IMG/VR virus record: IMGVR_UViG_3300030107_001446 | Span: 135,259 to 199,258 of that record | Strand: one strand, 5' to 3' | Length of the DNA: 64,000 bases | DNA from: a virus | Shown: piece after piece, positions 17,101-32,100 of the stretch | Layout of the letters: the number at the start of each line of letters is the position of its first letter | Numbering within the stretch: position 1 is the stretch's first letter | The notes under the pieces: generated by a model | Seen by the model: only the letters and a program-made list of their open reading frames with translations | Told to the model about the DNA's origin: nothing | Database searches by the model: none | Position numbers and translations under genes: made by a program

Positions 17101-20100
17101 ATGGATTATTGGTTTCTGACCAAGTTACCATATATGGTGCTAACCCAGTTGTCTATAATGGCACATTTACGGTTACATCACGTATTGACCAATTTACTTT
17201 CTCTTATCAGATAGCAACACCTACAGAGATAATTCCTACTGGTAATATCCTCTTATCTGTTGACTTAAACAGAGGTAAGTCTGATGTAGTATCAATAAAC
17301 AAGGTTGTTAGTGAGTTTACAACTAACATACAGAATGCATTTTTCAACGATAACTATGTTTATGTTGCTGCTTCTGGTTTACCCAACTATAAGATTGGTC
17401 CTTTCACTGGGTCAGCTCTCATCCCAGGAAACCAAAGGAAACTCTTAAGATTCCCCAGAACAGTACAAACCGTCTCAGAAAGACAAGCAGTTGCTCCAGG
17501 TACTCCAATAGGTAGTTGGGTCAACGGTGTTTCTATATGGTCATATAAGTCTCCAGACTATATCCAGTATGGTCCTTTAACCTCTGTTAGTGTTACTAGC
17601 GTTGGTGAAGGATATGATGCAGGTGCTAAACCCAACGTAGAAATCACTGGGGGTGGTGGAACAGGTGCTACTGCTGAAGTTATAGTTAATGGTAGTCTTT
17701 CATCATTTGATGTTATAGAACAGGGTAGTGGATATACAGAATCACCTTTAGTATCAATCGTAGGTGGCGGTGGTATTGGTGCTACTGCTCAAGCAGTTAT
17801 TACAGGTGGTAGAGTAACAAGAATTTTAGTTGAGCAACCAGGTTCAGGTTATACGACTCAACCCCTAGTTTCTATTACTGGAGGTGGAGGCACTGGTGCG
17901 ACTGCTACTGCCAGTGTCCGTGGACCTATTAGTAGTGTTAGTATTACAAACTTCGGTAGTGGATATACTTCACTCCCTGACATTAAAGTTAACTCTGGTG
18001 AGAATGCTTTAGCACAACCAATCGTATTAAATGGTAGAATCGTTTCTATCGCTATTATCAACTCTGGTAATTCCTATACAACAGCACCTAATGTAATAAT
18101 CAATGGTGATGGATTTGGTGCAATCGCTAAAGCAACTATCGGTACAATTGGTGAAGATAAAGGACGTGTATTAAGCGTTTCTATCACTAACCGTGGAATT
18201 GGGTATACACAAGGTTTAACAACCGTCAGACTCGAAGCAGTGGGTCAATTAGCGTCATTCCAACCTACAGTTTACCAATGGAATAGAAACCTTCAATATG
18301 AATTGGTAGACAAGTTTGATGGTGCAAGTGGATATGTATTTACTGGATTTAACAACCAGTTTGGTGGTGAATATGCTCACCTATCAGATCCTAAAGAATT
18401 AAGATATGTTGTTGGTGATAACGTATTCTTAAATCCTGTTACACAGAATTTCCAAGAAGTTGCTTCTAACTATGACCACTCACCTATTATAGGTTGGGCA
18501 TTTGATGGAAACCCAATTTATGGTCCTTATGGTTACATTGACCCAACTGACCAGAATAGTGGTATCAGAAGGATGCGTACATCCTTCAAATTGAAGACTA
18601 ATGTTGTATTTGATGCAACTACTAATCCTAACCCTTCTAGGGTAGATGGACCTCCTATTTCAACATATGCTGCTGGAACATTTGTTGATGATTACTACTA
18701 TGATTTCCAATCTGGTGATTTAGACCAATATAATGGTCGTTTCTGTAAAACACCTGATTATCCAGATGGCACATATGCATACTTCGTAACTATCGATGCT
18801 AGTGACGCAGGTATTGCTGAATTCCCATATATCGTTGGACCTCAGTTTAACTCACTTCCAGATTCATGGAATATGAATCAAGCAGCAACACAGGAGAATA
18901 TTCCTGATGGAGTTGTCCGTTATAGAGATCCATATACTGATGTTGACATTGATATTGACCGTCAACCAAACCAGACTGCTGATGTCTTTACTACTGAGAT
19001 AGAAGGTTATCCTATCATCTTTGAAATACAAGACTCTAATAATGATGGTTTGATTGATGCTAATGAGCAACAAGAATTATTAGAGATGTCTGAAGAGGCA
19101 ACTCTACAAATATACGATTATTTCCCAAGAGTATCAGCAGAGTCTAGAGTTGATATTGAAGTTGAGACAACTACCCAATTTGAGAATGCTCAGATAGATG
19201 GATTCGTTGTTGAAAACCCAGGTGTTTCATATCAGGTAAATGACACCATATTCTTCGATAATGAAGGAACTGGTGGATTTGGTGCATCTGCTCTTATTGA
19301 ATCTGTTAAAGGACAGAATATAATTGGTTATCAAAAAGAAATGATTGGTGACCGTCCTTACGGTGTAATTACTACTGATATAGAGCATGAATTACGTCAA
19401 CAGGATGAAATCATTGTAAACTCACGTCCTGTTATTGATAATACTAATAAGACGTTTAGAGTTAAGGTTGTAGCGGGTGTTGAGAATATTGCTATAACTC
19501 AATCAGGTACTGGATATAATACAGATATTCCTCCAACATTTGAGTTAATTACTGCATCTGGACAAGATGCTGAGTTATCACTTGTATTAGAGAATACAGG
19601 TCAAGTTAATGCTGTTAATATCATTAACTCAGGTAATGGATACGATTCTGATAATCCTCCTCAGATTAGGGTATCACATCCACAACAATTCAAGAAAACA
19701 AGGTATTGGTTAGCTGAATATCAAGAAGCAACAGGTATAGTTAGTATCAATGATATTGTAACCACTGAAGAGCGTTATACTTATATTTGCGGTAGCATCA
19801 CTGAGACAGATGGTGATATGGCAGCATTCCTTGCCAAGTTTGATGATTTAGGTCAACTTGTTTGGGAAAGAAACCTTCTTCCTCAAAATGCAGGTCAGAA
19901 GAAAGCAGAATTCATTAAGATTCTAGTTGACGCAGTTCCAGAGAATGACCTCATATATGTTGTTGGACATACTTACGATCCAAACAATTCAGCATATAAT
20001 CCTGATATATGGTTAGGTAAGTATGAATCTGGATTTAATAATGCTAATGCACCTGATGGTATTCTTAAATGGCAGAAAGCGATTGCAGGTATCAGTGGTA

Positions 20101-23100
20101 CTACAAGAAGGGATTGGGTAACTTCCTTAGCACTTGACCAGGAAGGTCGTATCTATCTTGCAGGTTATACAGATAGTAATTCCATAGATCCTAACGATAT
20201 GTGGATTATCCAGTGTAACTTGGATGGTGACCTTGTAGAGAAGAGAAAGATTGCATCTGCAACTGATTCTGAAATGATTAATCAGATTCAGTGGATATCT
20301 GATGATAGATTCTTCATGGTTGGTCAAAATGACGAAAATGACGATTGTATCTTCGGTGTATTCTGGTTTGACGGTGCAAACCTTGAAATTGAATATATTC
20401 GCCAAATTCCAACAATAGGTGGATATGTAAGAAATCCTAAATTCACTATTGACGAATATGACGATGTAATCTTAGTTTGGGACGTATATAACGGTGCAGC
20501 ACAGAAATACGATAAAGTCCAGATTAACAAGTTCCCATTATCTACAGCATCTACTTCATGGACATGGAGTAAGACTGTAACCATTAGTGGTGATATTGAC
20601 GCTATTAGACATGCAGGAGTCAATGTAGATAAGTTTGGAAATTATACTTTAGTTACTGATGTAATAGAAGACCAAAATCAGAGATATGCGATATACCACT
20701 ATATCAAGTATGATGGTAACGTAATTAAAGAATCTAAAGTTGATGATACTACAAGTATCGGATTCCAAGCTATAACTCACTCAGTTGATAACTCTGGTGA
20801 TGTAATAATGGTTATTAACAGACAACAGTCTGACCAAATTGCAGCATATAGATTTAATGATGATACTGATTTAGATTACGACTTTACTAAGCAGAATAAG
20901 GCAGCAATGACCTTCTATTCTCCATCTGACGCATCATATGATTCATCATTCTATAAGTATGGCACTGGTGCACTTAAACTAAGTGCAGTTAACCCAGTTT
21001 CTCTTCCTAATCTTAATCTTGAGTCTAAAGAGTGGAGTTTCAGAGCATGGTTATCCATGAATTCTACTGCTCATTCTACAGACCATAAACCACTTCTTTG
21101 GGATATTCTACCAGTAGCAGGTGATTCAATTCAGGTTGAATTGGATGGTGATACTAATAGTGCAAACTATGAGAAAGTTATAATCTATGTAAACTCTGTA
21201 CAGGTTGCAACTTCTCTTCTTGCTACTAACTGGACTGCATTTGCAGGTGCATCATGGGTGCATGTTACATTCCAGAAGAGAGAAGAATCATTAGGTCTTT
21301 ATCAATATGAAGTCTTTATCAATGGTGCTTTAGTTTGTAACTTCCAATCAACATCTGATATCAGTGTTGGTAGTGCAGTCCTTTGTGGTAAGTCTGCTGG
21401 ACCTACATCTAACAATACATTCATTGGATGGGTAGATGACTATGTGATTGATGATGTTGCTCCATATCTTTCTGCTTATAGTGTGCCATCGGCCGAGATT
21501 GAAATTACTACTTCAAACTCTGATTCTGCCTTAGTTAAATTTGACAGAGAGCATACTAAGAGAGGAAGTTATGCACTTAGTGGACTAGACAATTATACAC
21601 AATTAGACTTTACAGATAATGAGATTACAACTACATGGGTTGATGTAGGTCTATCTGCTATCAGTCCATGGATTGTTGGAGCAGGTGGTTTACAGATTCT
21701 TGATATGTCTCAGGTTGTTTCTAACCTGAATCCTGGCACATATACATTTACTGCTAATAAGTTTGAGTATGGTACTAAGACTTCTACAATACCATCTCCT
21801 CTAGGTAAGAAACTTATTATTGAACCTGAAGTAATCAGTAAATTCTATATTAGAGATGCTCTATATCAGAAGATTGATAATGTAATGGAATTCACCTTCA
21901 GTCAAGATATTAAGTTGACTAAAGGATCAATACTTCAACAATTCAACAGCTCTGGTGTTACACAAGCATATGGTACTATTGTAAAAGTTCCAGAAGGAAC
22001 TCTCCTGAATCCTGGATATGGTAATAAGTATCAAGTTGGTAAAATATATGGTACTTTTAATAACACTGACCGTTATAGGACAGTAGCAAATGATATTAAC
22101 CAGATTGAAGGAACTTACTTTAATACAGAAGAAGAGGAATCACCTTGGCAAGCAAATACAGCATATACTGCGGGTGATAGAGTATACGCTGATAAGAAGA
22201 TTTACGAAGTCCAAGCAACAGGTACTTCTGGTACTATTTCATTATCACATACATCTGGTGTTGCTAGTGACGGATTATTAAACTGGGCATTTATTGATGA
22301 TGCAGGTAAGTTTACTGTTGACTTAACACAACATCCATATCCTAGACCTCAGTGGGTTGGTATGGATATGCCAGAATGGTTACCAGATCGCTTATATGTT
22401 GAGGGACAAAGAGTATGGTGGAAACTCAATGTATATGAAGTAGCAGTAGGTGGTGCAGGTGTAGCAGGAACAAATGCTCCTGTGCATGATACTGGTGATG
22501 CATCTGATGGTGGTGTAACATGGACTCACGTTTCTACTGAGGAAGCAATCAGCGTCTATAGTAGATTGATGGGTTATGATATGGGCAATAATTATACGGT
22601 CCAGATCATGGAAGTCCATCCTGGTTCAGTATACATTCCAGATGACGTTGTTAGTTTAAATGCAGGAAATATAACTCTTGCTGAAGATGAAAAGAGTGTA
22701 GAGATATCTGGATTTGCTTCAGTTAAAAAGATTCAAGTTACTGCACGTTTAGAGAAAGATATAATTAGGACAAATGCTGTAAGGACAGAATTTGTTTATT
22801 GCACATCAAATACTGCTCATATGTTTAAAGCAGGTGATATCCTCTTTACTGAAGGATTCAGTACTGCACAATTTAATGGTAGTTTCTTTATTGACCAAGT
22901 AATTGGCACTAGAGAATTTACATTTGCTATTAGAGCAACTGCAAGTAGTGATCCTGCATTTATTAATAATGCTCTTGGTGGTGTTAACATCTATGCAAAA
23001 CACCCAACATTAGAGTTTACTAGAAATCATCAGTATGTCTTTGACCTATCTGACTCTTCTAACTTTGGATATTACTTATCATTCTCTCAAGATAACCAAT

Positions 23101-26100
23101 ACAAACTAGAATACTCATTTAACAACATTGAAAGAAATGGAACTCCTGGTATTGCAACAACACCAGCTCCAACAGTTCAATTCTCTGTATTAGGTGAAGT
23201 TACTAATATTTCCTACTACTTTGACCCATCAAGAACTGGTGCTGATTCACCAGTAGGTACAAACAGTTTTATTGATGTCATTAAAACTCCTTTCGATGGT
23301 AGATTTACTATTTCAGAAGTACCAACAGATACATCATTCAAATTCCCACTCCTTAAGGAACCTGAAAGGACTAATGCTGAGGTTGGAGAAGATTATCTAG
23401 GTAATGATTATTCATACTATTCAACTACATCTGTAAGGGCAGTTGGACCTATTAATACAATTCAACTGGTTTCTCCAGGTGGATTCTATCAGAAGTTACC
23501 TATCATTAGTGATATTGCATCTTTCAGACAAATTGAGAAATGTGTAGTAGTAGATGGAGGTACTGAATATGCTCCAGGTGTTTACTATGATGTGCCTATT
23601 GCAGGAGATGGTGAAGGTGCTAAATGTACTGTTACTGTTGAAGTAGATGAGGAGATTGGATCAGGAACTATTACAGGTTGTGCTGTAACTGACCCAGGTA
23701 AAGGTTATACAACTGCATCTATTGATATTGACGCTATACCTGGAATATTAGGAGCAACTCTTGCTGGATCTGGTGGTAGTGTAAATGTTGTTATTCCATC
23801 AGAAGGTAGTGGTGCATCTGTATTCTTAACAGGTACTAATATTGGTAAGATTAAGAGATTAAAGAATAATGAATTTGGTTTCGGTTATTCACATGACTAT
23901 ACCTTAAAACCAGAGATTACCTTCCCTGTTAACTTACAACTCTTTAATACTTCAATACTAAGTCAGATTACCATAACTGATCCAGGTTCTGGATACTCAT
24001 CAACTCCAGCTGTTGTAATCGAAGGTGGTGGTGGATCTGGTGCTGAAGCAGAAGCAATTATTAAGAATAATAGATTATCTGAGATAATAATCAAGAATCC
24101 AGGTGCAGGTTACTCATCTGAACCAACTGTTACTCTTAAATCAGAATTTAACTACGTTGTTAACTTAGACCTTAATTATCTACAGTTTAACTTCCCACAT
24201 GGTATTACGTCAGGTGCAGAAGTTACATTTAGGGCAGAAAACGTAGGATCCACAACTGGCGAATTACCAAAACCATCTACCGCAGGTTTAACCAGTTTGG
24301 TGGCAAATCAGGTTTACTATGCTATTGCTGGTACAGCAGCAGGACTAGAGCCTGACCAATTAAGATTCGGTCTTACTAAAGCATCTGCATTAGCAGGATC
24401 TTACATTACCTTCTTAACACAAGGTAGTGGTCGTCAAGTCCTTTTAACTGAGGTATTCGGTGGTAAAGCAACTGCTGTTGTTGAAACTTCTAGATTCCTT
24501 GAAGGTGAAGATGTATACCAAGGTTCTAATGTTGAAACTGCCACTGCTATGGGTACAGTTTCTACTAACACTGGTTGGCAGATAGGTCCTAAGATTCTTA
24601 AGATTGTTGATTATACTGGTGATTGGGCAGTTGGTGAGTCTGTAACAGGTACTATTTCTAAAGCATCTGGTGTTATCGATAACTTCTCGATTGCACGTGG
24701 TGTGTTAAATATCGGCTCCCTAACGAAGACACCAGGCCGATTTATTGATGACGTTGGTAAACCATCTGAGATTGTCCAGAAGATTCAAGATAGTTTCTTC
24801 TATCAAAACTTCTCTTACGTTGTCCAATCACAAATTCCTATCACAGAGTGGAAGTCTCAAGTATTAGAGAATAACCACCCAGCTGGTTTCAACATGTTTG
24901 GTCAGTTACAACTTACTGGTGGTAAGGACGTATCTGGACGTAAGATTGGTACTGAGTTTACTAAGAAAGTTAATATTAACAACTATAGTAATGTAAACCA
25001 GATTACATCATTTGGTGCTGCTCAACCAATCTATACTGACTACAACAATACTGAGGTTCTTTTCCGTAAGAAACGTCTAACATCTTCTGAGGAAATCTTA
25101 ACTTCAATCGTTAAGAAACTTGATAATTTTGAGGATCAGTTTGATGGTATTAAGAAAGCATTCCCAATTACTGTTGAAGGTGAGCAGGTAATCGTTAAGC
25201 AAGATCAGTTGATGATTACACTTAATGGTGTTATTCAGGCTCCTGGTATTTCTTATCAAGTTGTTGGTGGAGATTTAGTATTCTCTGAGCCACCAAGACC
25301 TCCTTCAAAAGTTAACTATAGAATCATTGGTGTTACACCTACTCCAATATACAGAATTGCTCTTTATAGTCCTGGTGGTAATGCAAACTATGGTATATTC
25401 CCAACTATAGGTCAGCAAGTACAAGGTGAATTCTCCGATGCTGTTGGAACTGTTATAGATTCAGGTACTAATCATATTGATGTTATCAATATCGTTGGTG
25501 GACCATTCCAACTTAACGAAGAGATTGTTAGAGGAGAAATCTTCTCAGCATTAGTCGAAACAGTTACTCAGGTTAATAGTGATACTATATTTGAATTTGG
25601 TGAAGCAATTACTAACCTTGAAGGTGATACTGCATATGTTGAAGAGACAAACGTAGATACTGATGGTAATGTTACAGATAGACTTGTTGTAAGTAAGACT
25701 TCAGGTACTCCAAGATTTGAAACTGGAATATATGACTTAAGACTTAACGAATACATTTATTCTGCATCATCTAAGATTGCAGGACAGATTACATACACTG
25801 CACCTTACTCAGACCCAATTAATGACGAAGTTGTTGATGAATTAATCATTAACCGAGGCACAACTTTCTTCGGACTACTATTTGAGCGTTTATTAAGTCT
25901 AACAAACCCAAATATCATTTTAGACAATATTTCGCAATCTTCAATCACTCCAACTAAGCTTTATGATTCTTCAAACAGAATTAACGCTGATTTCCTTGAT
26001 TTTGAAGAAGTTAGGACTACAGAAGTTACATATTCACAATTAGCGAATGGTGCTTTTGCAGATGGTGATATTATCCGAAATAAGAAGACTTTCTACGGAA

Positions 26101-29100
26101 ATCCAATTTCTGTCTTCCATGGAAACGCTGCAAACCGTTTCTTAGATGGTGGACGTAATATTGCGAATAATAAGCAAGAAATCATCGATTTTGCTGAAGC
26201 AAGCATTGCAATAGACTATCCAGACTATTATTTCCCATCTGACGTTATTACTAACGCTTGGAGTCGATTTAAAGATGCTTACAGGATGATTCAGAAGAAT
26301 AAGGCATTAATCGTCGGAATGGCGTTTGATGACATGAAAACTCAATTCCCTTCATCCTCAATTCCTTCAGATGCGAAATGTAAGCGAGATATTGAATATT
26401 TCGTAGATGCAGTAAGTATTGACATGTATGCAGGTGGAAACCGCTATACACGTAAATTCTGTCAGCAATATTTCAATGAGGCTGGATCTTTCACTTATAT
26501 CAATGCTCAAGCAACTGAGACCAAATGGGCTTACGAAAAAGCAAGAGATAGGATGAAAGTTGCTATTGCTAATGGATATTCAGGAACTATTAGTGCAGCA
26601 AACTCTGGAGACTCTTGGGTTGCATATCAAGACTTAACAATCACTGCTGACCCATCACCAACCAATCCTTACGGTACTGCAGGAACTAACACTTCAAATA
26701 CTGATTCAGACAACTGTACTGATGTCCAATCTGCTATTGAGACATTACATGAAATAGTTGATGAAACATTAACTAATGGATCTCTAACTGAATTACCAGT
26801 TGAATCTGGTGGTACATATTCACCACACCAAGAGAAGTGCAGAAGAGACCTTGGATATTTCATTGATGCTATTTCTAATGACCTTAAGACTGGTGGTAAC
26901 TATCAAACTGTCCTATTCACAAGATCATTCTTTGATGCTTCTGGCACACCTCTAACTAACGGAATTGTTGGTGAAGAAGCAGAAGCAGTCCATGCATTTA
27001 CAACTGCTGGTACATTGATGCATAGAGCAATTAATAACTTAATGTATTGGAAGGATCTTAGTGGGGTTGGATATAACCTTAATGATCCTACTACTTACTC
27101 TGGTGGTGTTGCTCCTGCTAATACTTACGATGCAAACTATGCATCTGGTAATAATCAAGATATTAACAACTGTGCAAACGTTAAGTCCTATATTGATACG
27201 CTGAAAGCGATTGCTACGACTGCAATGACAGCAGGTAACTTAACTAACGTTAATAACCTTGCATCCATCACAGATGGTACATTCCAAGATGGAGAAACAA
27301 TTAGGACAACTAAATTTGCATATAAGAATAGAAGTCGTGGATTATTCGCTCTTGGAGATACAATCAAGGGTATTACATCTGGTGCTGTATTTGAAGCAAT
27401 CGGTGCTAATGCAGGTTTAAAATGGATATTTGCTTCTAATGTTACTGGCACATTCCAAGATGAAGAATGGATAACCAATTCTACTTTAACTGCAACAAAT
27501 TGCACCCAAAGTGTAATTGTTAAGAAAGCAGAATTAGTAGGAGATAAATCTGTCTACAAACCTTCAAATGGACTTCTAACACAAACAGCAAGTGAAGATT
27601 TTGCTTTTGGAACTGGAGATTTCACAATCCAATCATGGATACGTCCTGCTGCTAATGTTGGCACACAATACCTATTTGACTTCAGAAGATTATCTGCTGC
27701 TCAAGGTTTAAACATTAGAATGGATGGTCAAGGTCTTAAGGTCTATAATGGCACAACCTTGATGGTAAGTGGTAGTGGTGATTTTGCAACAACTGGTACT
27801 TGGTATCACATCGCTATTGTAAGAAATTCTGGTGTTACTCAGGCATATGTTAATGGTGCTCAAATAGGGTCTAACTACGTTGACACTAACGATTATCTTT
27901 ACAATGCTCCTCATATTGGGTCTGACTTTAACCAGTCATCTCATTGGACTGGACATATTGATAATCTTTGCATTAAGAAGGGTGTTTGTGATTTCATTAC
28001 TGGATTTACTCCTCCTACTCAAGTTGACTTTGCTGAAGATAATATTGTATTAGGTATCGATGGTGAAGGTCCATTCATTGCTTCTACTACTGAAGTATGG
28101 GCAACATACACTGGACAGAGAACATCATCTACAACTGCTAAGAGAGTTGATTATGATGGTTTAGCACTTATTGCTTCTGATATTGATACTGGTAGAAAAG
28201 AATTAAGAGATTGTGCTGAAATAATCGACCTTAACGGTGCATGGATTGCTGAGGAAGCAGTTGGTCGAATGAAGGCAGCATTCGTTGATTTCACCATTAG
28301 AGGTGACGATCCAGGAAATAATAGTTACGGTGGTACTAACCTTTGTATTAGGGATACTAAAGATTATATTCTTGGTGCTCTAATTAAAGACTTACAAGAA
28401 GGTGGAGATTTCCATACAATCTATACTGCAAGGACATACCTTACTACAAGTGGTAAATTAGACCATATCACAGATGAGATTCTACAATCTCTCTATACAT
28501 GGAATGAGGTATTTAAACTTTGTGAGACTGTTATTACAACAACATCTACTGACCTATCAGGTGAATATAGCACAAGATTGAGAATACCTAATAACTTCTC
28601 ATCTCCTGCATCTTCTACTGTTACTGATGAGATTAAACTATTAGGTGATAATTTACTTAAAGTTGTTGCTCCTAATGACCAAAGATTCAGAGAAGGTGGA
28701 TTCCAACTTTGGAAGAATAGAGATTATATTGCTGAAGAAGTAGCAGGATATATTCAAAACAAATATCAACAGGAGATTAATGAAGTAACATATGACTTCC
28801 TTGAAATGCCTGGATATGGTCAACCCTACTGTGAACGTGATATCAAACAATTTATTCTTCCTGCTGTGATGGCTGATTTGGTCACAGGTGGTACATATCA
28901 GACTGAAGCAGTTATTGACAAGTATCTTGATAGTCAGAATAAGGTAATACATGTTGATGAAGAATTAAACCCAATGCTTGATGCATTTGAGTATTGTAAG
29001 ATGCTCTGCATGAAGGCAGTTAATAACTTACTATTATCAAGTGGTGAAGCAGCTGCTGAGTTGGGTGTCCCAACATGGGTACAAGAAGAGTATTATGCAC

Positions 29101-32100
29101 CTCAGTGGACTGCTAGAGCAGCATATAGAGATGATACTATTGTCCTTGATACAGAAGGATATCCTCAGGCAGGAACTAGACAAAACAATGACAGATATCT
29201 TGATGCTGCTGACCTAATCTGGAAGAATAGACACGTCATCGCTAAAGAGTGTGTTAGCACTATGAATGACTTGTCCAAGTATGAGAATCTAAACATTCCT
29301 GGTGGACATGTTAACTGTGAAGATGATGTTTTAGATATGATTGAAGCAATGGTACATGACCTTCGCTTTGATTGTAACGAGAAGACATATGATGCTGCTG
29401 CATTATACATTGAGACTGAAAATAACTCACTTAAGCATATTGAGGGTGAGTGGGAAGCATCTATAACTGTAGTTAAGATTCTAAGAGATATTACTTCTCT
29501 AATAATGCGTAATGCATTTGGTAGAGATTATGAAGAAGGTGGATCCCCTGATCAGAAACCAGTTGAATCTTATGAGCAAAATCCAAGAATTGACCTTTAT
29601 AAGAATTGTGGTGATGCGATTGATGGAAACATCAGATATATCGCAGAGCAAGCAGTTGCAGCTGGATTAGTCCAATTCCCTAACCTTAATATTCCTGGTG
29701 GTCCTATTAACTGTGTCCATGACGTTACTGATATTCTTAGAGCATTAGTATTCAACATCAAGTATGGTGGTAATAACTGGTTACAATATTCTACTGAATT
29801 CTATGCAACATATTCTGGTAATTTAGACCATGTTACTAATGCACCTACTGAAACTAATTGGATAATGAATAAAGCACGTGATTTTGCAATCCGTGCAATG
29901 AAGGGTCAGATTATTACTAATGAAGCAGGACATGTAGTAGACCAAAGATTCTACGATGCAGTGCCAAGACCTACTACAACTATGGTCACAACCAGTGTAT
30001 TAACTGGTGCACCTGTTACTGACAATTATAATAATCTTGTAACAAGATCATTCAAGTTTGGTGAAGATAAGATTTCTACAACTGATACTGGCACAGGTAT
30101 CATACCTGATGAAGATGCTGTATTCAGTGTTGTAACTAAACTACCTTCTAGTCCAATAGATTGCTGTCTATTTGAAGCAGGTGGTGGTACATCTGGTGTA
30201 TGGTTTGGTATCAGAGATGGTGGTACATGGTTGAGATTAAGAGCTGGTAATGGTACTAACTCATATACATCTGGAGCATCATATACTGCTGATACTGGTC
30301 TTGCAATGCTCGACCTACAGATTAGTAACCTAACACAATACTTTGATGATGGTGACCATGAATTAGTATGGCAGATTGTTATTGGTGGTAACCAAACAAC
30401 TGGTGCAGGTAGTGTTACTCTTTGGATTGATGGTCAACAGATTGGACAAGCAACAACACCTGGTGGTGGTTGGACAGGTTTAACTGGAGCATCTGGATTA
30501 TTTGCTAATACTCAGTGGGCAGGATTCGGTGTTTCTAATGGATCTTTGGTAGCAGGAGAAGCAGCAACTATTAACACATTTACAGTTAATGTTGGACCTG
30601 CTCCTACTATTGCATATGATATAACTGCTGCTGATTACGATTCATCTACAGGTGATTTAATATTAAATGTTGGTAATCATAATCATACTCCAGGAACATT
30701 CTTGAGGTTGATTTCTAACTCATTAACATTTACATGTGACCAAGATAATCATGCTTCTAATCACACTTATCCTAGATCTGGTGACCCCGCAGGTAATACT
30801 GCTGTAGAGGTATTAGATGTAGGTAGAACTGAGCATACTGCAACTGCTGCGTCATACGATCCTAACTCAGGAATAATGAATATGACCATAGAGCAGCATG
30901 GTATGACTGCATCAACATCTCATACTGCTAAAGATGCTGCATATGACCCAGATTCAGGTGTCCTAACAATTACTCTTGATGACCATGGATTTAAGACAGG
31001 TGACCAAGTTAAGATTCATAATGGATCTCTAATCTTTACATGTGCTCAAGATAATCATGCTACTAAGCATGGATATCCTAGACAGAAAGATCCAGCTGGT
31101 GACCAGTGGTTATTAATAGAAGAAGTTACACCAAATACATTTAAAGTTAATGTTGGTGCTACACCTAAAGTTGAGTATAATGTTTCCGATGCAGTATATG
31201 ACCAAAATGATGGTGAATTAACTCTTGATATTGGTCAGCATCGTTTCGTTGGTGCTTCAAATCATGTTGCAACATTTGCTGAATATAATGCAGATAAGGG
31301 AACATTAAAACTAACAGTATCTGGACATGGAGTTATAGTTGGTGACCAGATTCAGATCATGGAAAATTCCATGACATTTACTTGCTCAATGGATAATCAT
31401 TATACTAACCATGTATATCCAAGAAGCACTGACCCATGTGTAGGTCAATGGTTAGATGTTGTTGAATCTGATATTCCTGGTGGAACATTTACAGTTAACG
31501 TAGGTCAATCTCCTATAGTTGGTTGGGATCCATCTGATGCAACATATAATTCTGAGACAGGTCATTTAACACTTGAAATTGGCAATCACTCTCTTGCAGT
31601 TGGTACTCATGTGAAACTATCACAAGAGTCATTAAACTTCACTTGCTCAATGGATGACCATGCAACGATTCATAGTTATCCTAGAGATACAGACCCAACT
31701 CATAATGAACCAATACAAATTCTTGCAACCACTGCTACTTCTATAACAGTACCAGTTGGTACAACTCCTACAGTTCAATATACTCCAACAAATGCAACAT
31801 TTACTCCTGCTGATGGTCTATTAGAATTAACATTAGATAGAAAGCATACATTCCGTCCTGCTACTATTCATAACATTTCTGGTGGTGAATATAATGGATC
31901 TACTGGAATGATGAGAGTTACAGTTGCTGACCATGGATTCTCTAATGGTGATTTTGTTAAGATTGCTGATGGTGGAATTACATTCTCATGCACAATGGAT
32001 GGCAATGCATCTAACCATGCATATCCAAGAGCATCAGACCCATATTCTAATAAATGGTTAGCAGTTAGAAATGCATCTAAAGATTCATTCGATGTATATG

